This document shows, one piece after another, positions 55,502 through 64,000 of a stretch of DNA of 64,000 bases; position 1 is the first letter of the stretch; every line of letters starts with the position of its first letter. The notes below the pieces were generated by a model. It was not told the DNA's origin. It was given only the letters and a program-made list of their open reading frames with translations, and made no database searches. Source of the stretch: Candidatus Bathyarchaeota archaeon (GTDB lineage Archaea > Thermoproteota > Bathyarchaeia > Bathyarchaeales > Bathycorpusculaceae); the NCBI GenBank assembly GCA_963806535.1, contig CAWDYC010000004.1:416001-480000 (forward strand), given 5' to 3'. The position numbers were made by a program, and so were the translations under genes.

Positions 55502-56272
55502 TTGGCTGGAACATTCATAGGCATCGGCGTGGGCCCTGGCGACCCTGAACTTATCACGGTAAAAGCAGTGAAAGCCCTCAAATCAGTAGACGTTCTCTGC
55601 GTTCCTAAATCTCATGCACGTAAACCAAGCATGGCTTTAAGAATGGTTAAGCAAATCTTGGCTGAACGTGAAAAGCCAGCGGAGATTCTTGAACTAGTTT
55701 TTCCCATGACTAAGAATGAGCTAAATAACAGGAAACTTTGGGTCGAAAACGCAGCGATAGTGGCTGCAAAAGCCAAAAAAGGCAACGTTGCATTCATCAC
55801 ACTTGGCGACCCAATGTTGTATAGCACTTTTCTGTATCTTTACGAATGCGTCAAAGAAACTTACCCAGAAATTGAGCTTGAAATCATACCGGGCGTAACC
55901 TCTGTTACAGCAGCTGCGGCAAGCTCTAAATTGCCTTTGGCAGAAAAAGAGGAAGTAGTTTCAATTATTCCATCCGACCTTACGCCAGAACGCATTGAAG
56001 ATACAGCTAAACACTGTGACAACTTGGTGTTCATGAAGTGTGCCCATCACATTAAGGAATTCGTTCCGATTCTGTTGAAGGCGGGCTTTACCGAAAACTC
56101 CACCGTCGCTTTGGTTAAGCGTTGTACTTTAGACGAAGAAAAAGTTCTCGTAGGCAAACTCAGCGATGTAGAAAGCTGGGATATACATGAAGATTATTTC
56201 TCTGTAGCTATCGTCAAAAAAAGCCAGGTTCCTATTCACTGGAAACAAAATGGAAATGGTGTTAAACCATGA
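55502..56272 (+). CDS. cbiL: Cobalt-factor II C20-methyltransferase
   Basis: GVGPGDPELITVKA, LVFPM, TLGDPMLYSTF.YL. Confidence 0.93.
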   Translation: MAGTFIGIGVGPGDPELITVKAVKALKSVDVLCVPKSHARKPSMALRMVKQILAEREKPAEILELVFPMTKNELNNRKLWVENAAIVAAKAKKGNVAFITLGDPMLYSTFLYLYECVKETYPEIELEIIPGVTSVTAAAASSKLPLAEKEEVVSIIPSDLTPERIEDTAKHCDNLVFMKCAHHIKEFVPILLKAGFTENSTVALVKRCTLDEEKVLVGKLSDVESWDIHEDYFSVAIVKKSQVPIHWKQNGNGVKP

Positions 56273-57030
56273 AAAAACTTGTTTTCATAGGCGCTGGACC
56301 CGGAGACCCAGAACTAATTACACTTAAAGGCAAAAGGTATCTCGAGCAAGCTGACGTTGTAATTTACGCCGGATCACTGCTAAATCCAGAGTATCTCAAA
56401 TATGCAAAGTCAAGCGCACAGCTTTATGACAGTGCCAAAATGAGTTTGCCCGAAGTTTTAAAAGTCATGGTTGAAGCCGTCAAGGCAGATAAGCTCGTGG
56501 CAAGAGTGCATGATGGCGACCCAAGTTTTTATGGCGCTATTCAAGAACAAATGGATGCTCTGGACAAAGAAAAAATTGAGTATTTTCGAGTTCCAGGTGT
56601 AAGCTGTTTGCAGGGCGGCGCAGGAGCACTCAACCGAGAATTAACATTGCCTAACATTTCCCAAACCGTTATTATAACTCGACCCGAAGGAAGAACTCCA
56701 GTGCCAGATGCAGAAAGCATCAGTAAGCTTGCTGCTCACCAGGCCACCATGGTAATTTTCCTGGGCACACCACATATTGCCCGTGTTGTTGAGGATCTTG
56801 TGAAGGGAGGTTACCCCAAAGAAACTCCTGCCGCAGTTGTGTATAAGGCAACGTGGCCACAGCAAAAAATCGTCAAAGGCACATTAACCGACATAGTTGC
56901 CAAAGTTAAAGCTGAAGGCATAACCGAAACAGCCCTGATTTTTGTAGGAAAAGTCCTCAACCCCGAAGCCTACGATTTATCCAAGCTGTATGATCCAAAA
57001 TTCACCACTGGATTCCGCAAAGGCGAATAG
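56269..57030 (+). CDS. cbiF: Cobalt-precorrin-4 C11-methyltransferase
   Basis: YAGSL, R.H.GDPS.YGAI.EQ, ELTLP..SQTVIITR, SKLYD..F..GFR. Confidence 0.95.
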   Translation: MKKLVFIGAGPGDPELITLKGKRYLEQADVVIYAGSLLNPEYLKYAKSSAQLYDSAKMSLPEVLKVMVEAVKADKLVARVHDGDPSFYGAIQEQMDALDKEKIEYFRVPGVSCLQGGAGALNRELTLPNISQTVIITRPEGRTPVPDAESISKLAAHQATMVIFLGTPHIARVVEDLVKGGYPKETPAAVVYKATWPQQKIVKGTLTDIVAKVKAEGITETALIFVGKVLNPEAYDLSKLYDPKFTTGFRKGE

Positions 57031-57034
57031 CAAA

Positions 57035-58120
57035 ATGTATGAACGTGGAATAGCTGTCGTCGCAATCACAAGACGCGGCGTAGAAACTGGCCTAAAAATT
57101 AAAGAAACATTAGAATGTGCAGGCATAACTTCCACTGTTTATTCACCTAAGAAATACACTCAGCATGGCGTTGTTGCTTTAGACAAAAAATTAGCCGACT
57201 TCATCAAAGACACTTACAGCTTGGTGGACGGCTTAGTTGCAGTTATGGCGACAGGCATAATTATTCGTGCTGTTGCGCCTCATCTTGAAAACAAATTAAC
57301 CGACCCTGCAGTCATTGGCGTTGATGCCACGGGAAAATTTGTTATCAGCTTATTGTCTGGACATTATGGTGGCGCAAATGAATTAGCCAAAATAATTGCG
57401 AAAGGCATAGGTGGAACTGCTGTTATCACTACAGCCTCGGATTCTGTTGGCAAACAGAGCGTTGATGAACTTGCGAGAATTCTGCATTTGACTATTCAAA
57501 ACCCTGAAAGCCTTGTGTCTGTGAACGCAGCCATTGTCAACGGGGACCGATTAGTAGTTGTTCTAATTAGTGACGTTAAAATCCCAATTAACCAAATTGG
57601 CGGTTACGAGATGAAAGAGGCTGCGGATGGTGGACAAGCTTTAGAAATAATCAATAATTACGATGCTGGGGTAATAATTACAAAGGAGCCTTTGTCGATT
57701 GCAAAATTTGTTAAGCCTTTCACCATCTTGAGAGCTAAATCTGTAGTTGTGGGGTTAGGGGCAAGGAAAGATTCAAGCGAAGAGAGCATAATTGAAGCAG
57801 TCGACATTGCCCTAGAACGAGTTCACATTCCATTGGCAAGCGTTAATTGCTTCGCAACAGTTGATATTAAACGAAGTTCTGTAGCAATGGTCAAAGCAGC
57901 CGAGAATATGGGAAAGCCGCTTGAGTTTTTAAGCGTCGATGCACTTCGTTCTTTAAACCATAAGGATCTTTCACCTGATTCAAAGATGGTTCAGCAAAAA
58001 ATTGGTGTTGGAGGAGTATGCGAACGAGCAGCATTACTGGTAGCGGGAGAAAACTCGAAGTTAATACTGAAAAAAACCAAGTTAAACGGGGTAACAGTAG
58101 CCATAGCCGAGGGCGAATAA
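57035..58120 (+). CDS. cbiG: Cobalt-precorrin-5A hydrolase
   Basis: MATGI.IR, DPAV, LLSGH.GGANEL, VITTASD, GVCE.AA, VTVAIA. Confidence 0.93.
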   Translation: MYERGIAVVAITRRGVETGLKIKETLECAGITSTVYSPKKYTQHGVVALDKKLADFIKDTYSLVDGLVAVMATGIIIRAVAPHLENKLTDPAVIGVDATGKFVISLLSGHYGGANELAKIIAKGIGGTAVITTASDSVGKQSVDELARILHLTIQNPESLVSVNAAIVNGDRLVVVLISDVKIPINQIGGYEMKEAADGGQALEIINNYDAGVIITKEPLSIAKFVKPFTILRAKSVVVGLGARKDSSEESIIEAVDIALERVHIPLASVNCFATVDIKRSSVAMVKAAENMGKPLEFLSVDALRSLNHKDLSPDSKMVQQKIGVGGVCERAALLVAGENSKLILKKTKLNGVTVAIAEGE

Positions 58121-58848
58121 GCGTAGTCGGCATTGGACCCGGCAGCCTTGAACATTTGACGCCTAAGGCACGAAGCGAAATCGAAAACGCTGACGTCCTA
58201 GTCGGCTATGGCACGTACGTTAAACTAATTCAATCCATCATCAAACCTGGTGCTGAAGTTGTTTCTGGAACCATGGGCAAAGAAGTTGAACGAGCAAAAA
58301 TCGCCGTTTCAAAAGCCAAAGAAGGACACAACGTTGTTATGGTTAGCAGCGGAGATCCAGGGGTTTATGGTATGGCTGGAATTGTTTTGGAAGTTGCTGC
58401 TCAAGAAAACGCGAATTTGCCGGTTGAAATTGTTCCAGGAGTGACAGCCGCAACGGCTGCCGCATCAAAGCTCGGTGCACCCTTAGTCAGCGATTTTGCT
58501 GTAATCAGCCTAAGTGACTTGTTGACTCCTTGGGAAAAGATAGAGCGCCGACTAGAAGCCGCCTCAGCCGCTGATTTCTCGATTGTGCTATATAATCCTA
58601 AGAGTGAAGGGCGCATTGAGCCTTTAATTAAGGCCTATGAGATAATGATAAAACATATGCGACCCGAAACGCCAGTGGGCATAGTTAGGCAAGCTGGACG
58701 CGCAGGCGAAGAAGTCATCGTTATTACACTCAAGGAATTGCTAAACGCTGAAATCGACATGATTACGACCATCATCGTAGGAAACTCAGCAACTAAAGTT
58801 GTTAAGGGCAAAATGATTACAGCGCGAGGCTACGATCTATTAAGATAA
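58018..58848 (+). CDS. cbiH: Cobalt-factor III/precorrin-3B C17-methyltransferase (start ambiguous; possible fusion to cbiG)
   Basis: VVGIGPG, SSGDPGVYGMA, GAPL..DF..ISLSDLLTPW, YNP.S..R, T.RGY. Confidence 0.92.
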   Translation: MRTSSITGSGRKLEVNTEKNQVKRGNSSHSRGRISVVGIGPGSLEHLTPKARSEIENADVLVGYGTYVKLIQSIIKPGAEVVSGTMGKEVERAKIAVSKAKEGHNVVMVSSGDPGVYGMAGIVLEVAAQENANLPVEIVPGVTAATAAASKLGAPLVSDFAVISLSDLLTPWEKIERRLEAASAADFSIVLYNPKSEGRIEPLIKAYEIMIKHMRPETPVGIVRQAGRAGEEVIVITLKELLNAEIDMITTIIVGNSATKVVKGKMITARGYDLLR

Positions 58849-58866
58849 GTTAAACCTTGTTTGAGC

Positions 58867-59254
58867 TTATCTTAAGAGAACAGCTTCTTTCATATTCCTG
58901 AAGTGTTCGTCACCAGTCAGGATTTTTGATTGCAGTTTCCTTAGCTGTAGCTAGTACATAAGCGTCGGCTAGACCAAAATCTTTCAAGATTTTTCGCATT
59001 TCAAAATGTATCCGTCCAGCCTCAAAAGAAAGTTCTTCGTCCGCATGGATTATTCTTGAATTGTTGGTTAAAACTTCATAGGCGACTTTCACATATTTGC
59101 CTTTGCGTGCAGCTTTGCTTACTACTTCAGCGATTGTCAAAGCACAGGTGAATATTTCTTCGTTTCTTTCAATGAAGTCGTTGACTTTTCTTCCGAGTTC
59201 TGTTCCATCTAAATATTCGATCCACGCATAAGAATCAATGACAAGCCTACTCAT
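58867..59254 (-). CDS. vapC: VapC PIN toxin (frameshift ~58940)
   Basis: VIDSYAWIEY...GLADAYVLATA; corrected end ILTGDEHF...LLR*. Confidence 0.88.
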
Positions 59255-59447
59255 GAGCTTTCAGCTCATCTTCAACCGTGAATGGGCCAATGCCTTTTAG
59301 GGCGCCGAAGCCGTCTATTCGGCATTTTTTAACTGTTATTTCGACATATTGGTTTTCTTTTATGTTTTGTGTTTCAACAATTTCTTTTGGCAAAGTTACA
59401 ACCAATGAGCCGCCTACTTTTCTTGTTTTAGTCAAGCATTTTACCAA
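59247..59447 (-). CDS. AbrB/MazE-family antitoxin
   Basis: RKVGGSLVVTLPKEIV. Confidence 0.88.
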   Translation of the reverse strand: MVKCLTKTRKVGGSLVVTLPKEIVETQNIKENQYVEITVKKCRIDGFGALKGIGPFTVEDELKAHE

Positions 59448-59581
59448 GTGTAATCGCCACTAAATTAAATTATACACAAGTTATACTTAACAATTACTTT
59501 ACACATCCCCAAAAAACTTAAATGAAAAAAATAGGATCGGGCTGTTAAATAAAATATTTACTTATTGTTTGCTGTTTACCC

Positions 59582-60001
59582 CTAAATAGGGTATTCTATT
59601 AACCCACGATATTTAGAATTTTCAAGTTTTTTAACTAGCTTAAAGTCAAGAGTTAGTAATCGCATATCCAACTTATCTGCAAGGGAAAGAAAAGCGGCAT
59701 CATAAACAGCGATGTTAAACTCCAAAGCTAAACTCAAAGCATCAAAAATAACTTCTCCAAAACTATGAACACCAAAAAGATTCATTATTCCTGTTGCTTG
59801 CGTGAAAATCTTTTCAGCCTCTTTTTTGGTTAATGTGTTTGGTGTCTTGCATTTGATGGCGTTGGCTACTTCATAGTAGCTAAACTCTAAAATGTGACAA
59901 TATTCATGTTCAGATATTCTTTTTAGAGCCCAATTGGAATTGTCTTCGGGCATTACTAAAGCAACGATGACGGATGAATCTACAACTACTTCAGTGGCCA
60001 T
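59582..60001 (-). CDS. vapC: VapC PIN toxin
   Basis: VVDSSV...YEVANA...AVYDAAFL.LA...LLTLD.KL. Confidence 0.9.
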   Translation of the reverse strand: MATEVVVDSSVIVALVMPEDNSNWALKRISEHEYCHILEFSYYEVANAIKCKTPNTLTKKEAEKIFTQATGIMNLFGVHSFGEVIFDALSLALEFNIAVYDAAFLSLADKLDMRLLTLDFKLVKKLENSKYRGLIEYPI

Positions 60002-60224
60002 AATCGCGGTCTTCCCGGATAATATCAGCTGAAGAAGGGGTGTTGCCACTCTTTTTGTAGAGTTCATTTCTAAAACGAGTAGCCTCTGCAAGGGCTTGCT
60101 TAAGTTTTTTCTTTTTTACCATTTGTTCAAGATAAACCCTGACGTCTTCTGCATATTCTGGATTAAGCCGTTGAAGCTCCTTTTTTAGCTCTTTTGGAAC
60201 TCGGATTGCTATTACATCACTCAT
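59991..60224 (-). CDS. vapB: VapB (RHH-like) antitoxin
   Basis: VIAIRVPKELKKEL...SADIIREDRD. Confidence 0.85.
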   Translation of the reverse strand: MSDVIAIRVPKELKKELQRLNPEYAEDVRVYLEQMVKKKKLKQALAEATRFRNELYKKSGNTPSSADIIREDRDYGH

Positions 60225-60236
60225 ACAAAACAATAA

Positions 60237-60277
60237 GTAAACAAATTATAAATATTTTTTGTAAACAAATTGTAAAC
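60237..60277. promoter_or_regulatory. Direct repeats in the vapB promoter, probable autoregulatory operator
   Basis: GTAAACAAATT at 60237 and 60261, plus GTAAAC at 60272, around an AT-rich TATA-like core. Confidence 0.5.
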
Positions 60278-60300
60278 TTTACATTTCTAAACCGTTCAAA

Positions 60301-61149
60301 TCACTGTTTGTTGTTTGCTTCCAGTAGTTCCAGAATATCTTTTCTTGCTTCACCAATTGTCAAAGGAAATTGTTTGTCAGTCATAAGCTGGTTGCGTTTG
60401 CTTAAAATCTCAAACAGATGCGTAATTCTCGGCAGCCGCAAATCCACACTTCTAATCAATTCAGTATTTGCAAATACCTCTTGTGGCGGTGCCTGCATCA
60501 CAATCTGCCCCTTGTTCAGTATGCATATTTCATCGGCAAACAGTGGAACCAAATCGACGTCGTGAGTCGCTATTATCAGAGTTATGCCTAATTCTTGATT
60601 TAGCTGCATGAGTAGTTTGAGGACTTTACTTGACGTTTTAGGGTCAAGGTTGGACATCGGTTCATCCAATATTATTATTTCCGGCTTCATAGCCAATACA
60701 CCCGCGATTGAAGCGCGTCTCTTTTGCCCACCGCTCAAATTCGAAGGAGACTTATTCTCTAAACCCTTAAGCTCCGTTACTTCCAAAGCCCATTTTACCC
60801 GCTGTTCAATTTCAGCTTTAGGCAGTTTAAGATTCGTAGGTCCAAAAGCGACATCTAAGGCGACCGTTCGGGCGAAAAGCTGATCATCTGGATCTTGGAA
60901 AACCAACCCGACTTTTTGTCTTATCTCATCTAAGTTTTTCTTTGTTACTTCTTTGCCTAGAACATTGACTTTCCCGTTTGTCGGCAAGAGTAACCCGTTG
61001 AAGTGATGCAGCAGGGTTGATTTGCCTGCGCCGTTGGGTCCAAGGATAGCTATGTTTTTGCCTTTTTCCAAACTGAAGTTCATGTTTTCGATAGCTTTAG
61101 TGCCGTCTGGGTACGTGTGAGACAGATTGATTGTTTCTATTGCTTTCAT
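60301..61149 (-). CDS. cbiO: Cobalt ECF transporter ATPase
   Basis: GPNGAGKST, FQDPDDQLF, LSGGQK, LDEP, THD. Confidence 0.93.
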   Translation of the reverse strand: MKAIETINLSHTYPDGTKAIENMNFSLEKGKNIAILGPNGAGKSTLLHHFNGLLLPTNGKVNVLGKEVTKKNLDEIRQKVGLVFQDPDDQLFARTVALDVAFGPTNLKLPKAEIEQRVKWALEVTELKGLENKSPSNLSGGQKRRASIAGVLAMKPEIIILDEPMSNLDPKTSSKVLKLLMQLNQELGITLIIATHDVDLVPLFADEICILNKGQIVMQAPPQEVFANTELIRSVDLRLPRITHLFEILSKRNQLMTDKQFPLTIGEARKDILELLEANNKQ

Positions 61150-61162
61150 TCTTTTTTCTCCA

Positions 61163-62092
61163 TTAAATGATATTAAAGTTTAGCAGGACTAGCGCTATCA
61201 TGGCTCCAATTACCAAGATGCATATGGCGATGTCTTTTTTCTTTAGTGGTTTTGTACTATAGCTGAACAAGCTGGATGAGCCAGTGTAGCCTCTGGAAAC
61301 CATAGCACTACCTACTTTTAAGGCTCTGTCAAACGATTTTACAAGGAGCATTCCGCCCACTGTGCCGTAGTTTCCTAGTTTTCTAAAAATGCTAACGGAT
61401 TTCGTGTAGCCACAGCGTGACTCCTGAGCCTTGTATATTCTTGTTCTCTCTTCTGAAACAACAGAGATGTAGCGCCACATAAGCATGGTAGTGTCCAAGA
61501 GAACGGAAGGCACACGGAACCAAGCTAATCCATCAAGCAATGTCTCCATCGGCGTCGCGGTTATGACTACGTTAAGAATAGATGTTGCAGCTAACACTCG
61601 GAAGAAGATGAGTGTGCCTAGAGAAATTCCTTCTTGATAAATGTGCCATGATAGGTAAGGGACTGTTGTGATCGTATGGGTGCCCGTGAAAATCTGGACT
61701 ACAAAGAACATTGCTGCGATGGATAGAGCGGCCAATAATCTTTCTAAGTAGCCTTTCAATGGTGATCTAGAGGTTAAAGCTAGAATTGCACAAAATACTA
61801 TTATTATGCTTAGAAATTCCAAATTCGTAAGCACTATAACAATGAATACAGAAAAGATGGCGCAAATCAACTTGACCCGTGCATCAAACCTTTGAAGAGG
61901 TGACTTACCAAAAGCTTGTTCAGCATATTGGTCTTGAAAGTGAGGCTGTTCTTGGTTGTCTTGAAGTTGTTCTTTTTGCAGTTTTCTACCGATTTGCCAA
62001 AGTTTTAGTTGGCGACCTACTATAAGAAATGTAAAGAATCCAACGGTCATGAGCATGCCGTTGACTGGGTCACCCTGTAGCCACTCAAACAT
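61163..62092 (-). CDS. cbiQ: Cobalt ECF transporter T component with N-terminal extension
   Basis: DARVKL, RYI.V..EE, AQESR.G, AMVSRGY. Confidence 0.9.
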   Translation of the reverse strand: MFEWLQGDPVNGMLMTVGFFTFLIVGRQLKLWQIGRKLQKEQLQDNQEQPHFQDQYAEQAFGKSPLQRFDARVKLICAIFSVFIVIVLTNLEFLSIIIVFCAILALTSRSPLKGYLERLLAALSIAAMFFVVQIFTGTHTITTVPYLSWHIYQEGISLGTLIFFRVLAATSILNVVITATPMETLLDGLAWFRVPSVLLDTTMLMWRYISVVSEERTRIYKAQESRCGYTKSVSIFRKLGNYGTVGGMLLVKSFDRALKVGSAMVSRGYTGSSSLFSYSTKPLKKKDIAICILVIGAMIALVLLNFNII

Positions 62093-63089
62093 CCGGTTTT
62101 GCCTCCTCCTTTCGACCATTGCGACCAAAAACCGTTGGTAACAGGTAGCCTACAAAGAATCCGCCAACACAGCCCCCGATCCCAAAAACGACATATTCGT
62201 CAACCATTGTGTAATGGGTAAGGTAACTGAACCCTCCTTTCGCGACGGCAGAGTCGGTGCCCCCCATTTTGCCGCCAAAAACGTTAACGCCAACATAAGT
62301 GCTGACCAACATTATTGCTAACATAATAATCATCGTTAGGAGCGCGTACTTGGTGAATTTGTCGATTTTATGTCTTCCATGATTTGAGGGTTTAACGTCA
62401 ACAGTTTTCGGTAAGTCGCTAACCATCGGAGAGTTCGTTGGGAAGCCTCTCCACCATTTGAGGATTTCAGGACGATGAACTTGGATATACTGAACGGCGG
62501 CTGCTGTGAATGCAAACTCTAAAATTGCAAGAGGTATTTGCGTGGGCAAGTACCCCAGCATATATATTTCCCAATGTTGAGGCACAGAGGTTGGATTCAG
62601 AGATAAGGCAAGTTGAAAAGCAGTTGTGGCATAGGTTGACAGATCGCCGATGAATCCTGCCAGACCAGCTGCAAGCCATATTGAAGCTCCTAACTTTCTT
62701 AAAAGAGAATAAATTCCAATGCCTACAAAACCTCCAACGACTCCGAGAGAGATGAGGTTGGCGCCAAGCGAGGTAATTCCGCCGTGGCCTAAGAATGCTT
62801 GGAAGAAGAGGACAATGCCGCTTATTGCCGCCGTTGCAAGGGGACCAATTACGATTGCTGCTAAAGCTGTTCCATTTGGGTGTGAACTCGACCCGGTTAC
62901 TGGGACAGGGATGTGCCAAACTGATATCACAAAGACTGCAGCGCCCATTAATGCAAGTATTGACATGTAGGCCGGGTTTTCTTTTCGGGTTTTTGAGATT
63001 TTCCAAGAGCCTATGCCTACGAAGATTATTGCTAAGGCATACCAAACAATGGTCCACTGAAGTGACAATATGCCGTCGCTGATGTGCAT
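62085..63089 (-). CDS. cbiM: Cobalt ECF S component CbiM with fused CbiN-like C-terminal domain
   Basis: MHISDG N-terminus, GSSSHP.G, HGGITSLGAN, TQIPLA; C-terminal two TMs around GGTD. Confidence 0.92.
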   Translation of the reverse strand: MHISDGILSLQWTIVWYALAIIFVGIGSWKISKTRKENPAYMSILALMGAAVFVISVWHIPVPVTGSSSHPNGTALAAIVIGPLATAAISGIVLFFQAFLGHGGITSLGANLISLGVVGGFVGIGIYSLLRKLGASIWLAAGLAGFIGDLSTYATTAFQLALSLNPTSVPQHWEIYMLGYLPTQIPLAILEFAFTAAAVQYIQVHRPEILKWWRGFPTNSPMVSDLPKTVDVKPSNHGRHKIDKFTKYALLTMIIMLAIMLVSTYVGVNVFGGKMGGTDSAVAKGGFSYLTHYTMVDEYVVFGIGGCVGGFFVGYLLPTVFGRNGRKEEAKPDV

Positions 63090-63144
63090 TTATTTCCCTC
63101 TGCCCGTTGGATAATTCATCCATCCATACTCTTATTAATCTATG

Positions 63145-63160
63145 TTTAACTAAAGTTAAA
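63145..63160. promoter_or_regulatory. Perfect inverted repeat between cbiM and the divergent regulator
   Basis: TTTAAC-TAAA-GTTAAA. Confidence 0.5.
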
Positions 63161-63176
63161 GTCAGGTTGAATAACT

Positions 63177-64000
63177 TTGCCGAAGAAAACCACCCCCACT
63201 ATACTTTTGCGTGAAAAAGGCGAATTCACAAAGTTCCAAATCCTCCTCGAAATCATGCGAAACCAACCACACATAAAACAAAAAGACATCAGCGACAAAC
63301 TAGGCATAACAATCCAAGCGATATCAAAATATTTCAAAAAACTCACAAAAGAAGGTCTATTAGAAGCAGGTTCAGAACGTGCAGACTACCGCTTAACACC
63401 CAAAGCCGTCATTAAACTGCGTGAAGATATCCGCGGCCTTGAAAGTTACGTCAACGAAATAAAACATGATCTAAAAATTGAGCATGCGTGGCCAGCCATC
63501 GCAACTGAACCTGTTAGGGCAGGACAAGAAGTTGGCTTGATCATGAGAGAAGGCGTCATGTACACAACTGAATCCCATAATGCTTCTGCAGAAGCAAAAG
63601 GGATAGCGCTCTCTGACGCCGAAGCGGGTGAAGATTTAGGATTAAAAGAACTTCGTGGAAAAGTCAAAATGAAACAAGGAAAAATCCTAATCATAAAGCT
63701 ACCTAGCATCCGAAAAGGTGGCTCCAAAGCAGTAGACCTAACAAAACTCAAAGTATTTTATGACGAGTTTAACCCCGATCGGGTGGGTGTTATGGGTGCA
63801 GTTGGAAGAGCGGTCTTAAACAAGATGGGTCTTAAAGCGGATATTGAGTTTGGAATCAGCCGTTCAGCCGCCATCGCTGCTTCAAGAGGCTTAAACGTTT
63901 TCGTTCTTGTTGTCGGCCGGATGGTTAATCGGATGATTCAAGAAATTGACCAAATTAACATGAAAACAAGTGCGGAAATAATTTATGAAGTTAAGGACGC
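63177..64000 (+). CDS. Archaeal winged-HTH transcription regulator (COG1497-like), runs off the window; absent from ORF track
   Basis: Manual translation: MPKKTT...TKFQILLEIMRNQPHIKQKDISDKLGITIQAISKYFKKL.KEGL...YRLT...AIA...GQEVGL.M.EG...AA.RGL. Confidence 0.85.
   Translation, partial: MPKKTTPTILLREKGEFTKFQILLEIMRNQPHIKQKDISDKLGITIQAISKYFKKLTKEGLLEAGSERADYRLTPKAVIKLREDIRGLESYVNEIKHDLKIEHAWPAIATEPVRAGQEVGLIMREGVMYTTESHNASAEAKGIALSDAEAGEDLGLKELRGKVKMKQGKILIIKLPSIRKGGSKAVDLTKLKVFYDEFNPDRVGVMGAVGRAVLNKMGLKADIEFGISRSAAIAASRGLNVFVLVVGRMVNRMIQEIDQINMKTSAEIIYEVKD

Noticed and set aside
62467-63123. 218-aa alternate-frame ORF over cbiM, and other antisense ORFs such as 52553-53089 and 16849-17211
   Set aside because: Shadow ORFs of well-supported genes, with no recognisable motifs.

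Overview
Archaeal chromosomal window, most consistent with Bathyarchaeia. The inference rests on expanded membrane-anchored PQQ-like beta-propeller proteins, a Kelch/Ig surface protein, a PEF-CTERM protein, TrmB and HTH_10 regulators, and archaeal BRE/TATA-type promoters. About 1-43 kb is a mosaic accessory region. It holds five vapBC-type modules or remnants, three PQQ-propeller genes (one a 3.3-kb duplication), an MMPL transporter, sucCD, an orphan TIR-like protein and an AAA_14/DUF4143 ATPase. It also holds an uncharacterised operon whose first gene carries SelO/YdiU-like pseudokinase motifs. Module junctions are stitched together from a small set of recurring 60-150 bp gene remnants. About 43.7-64 kb is an anaerobic tetrapyrrole/corrin cluster: hemABCDL, cobA, sirC, cbiX-cbiC, cbiDETLFGH, cbiMQO, a domain-permuted CobQ/CobB-like amidotransferase and a divergent regulator, interrupted by two more vapBC modules. 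Many genes carry single-base frameshifts, mostly insertions and including housekeeping genes, so these are probably sequencing errors. No rRNA, complete tRNA, CRISPR array, transposase or integrase was seen. All family calls are by motif recognition, with no database search.
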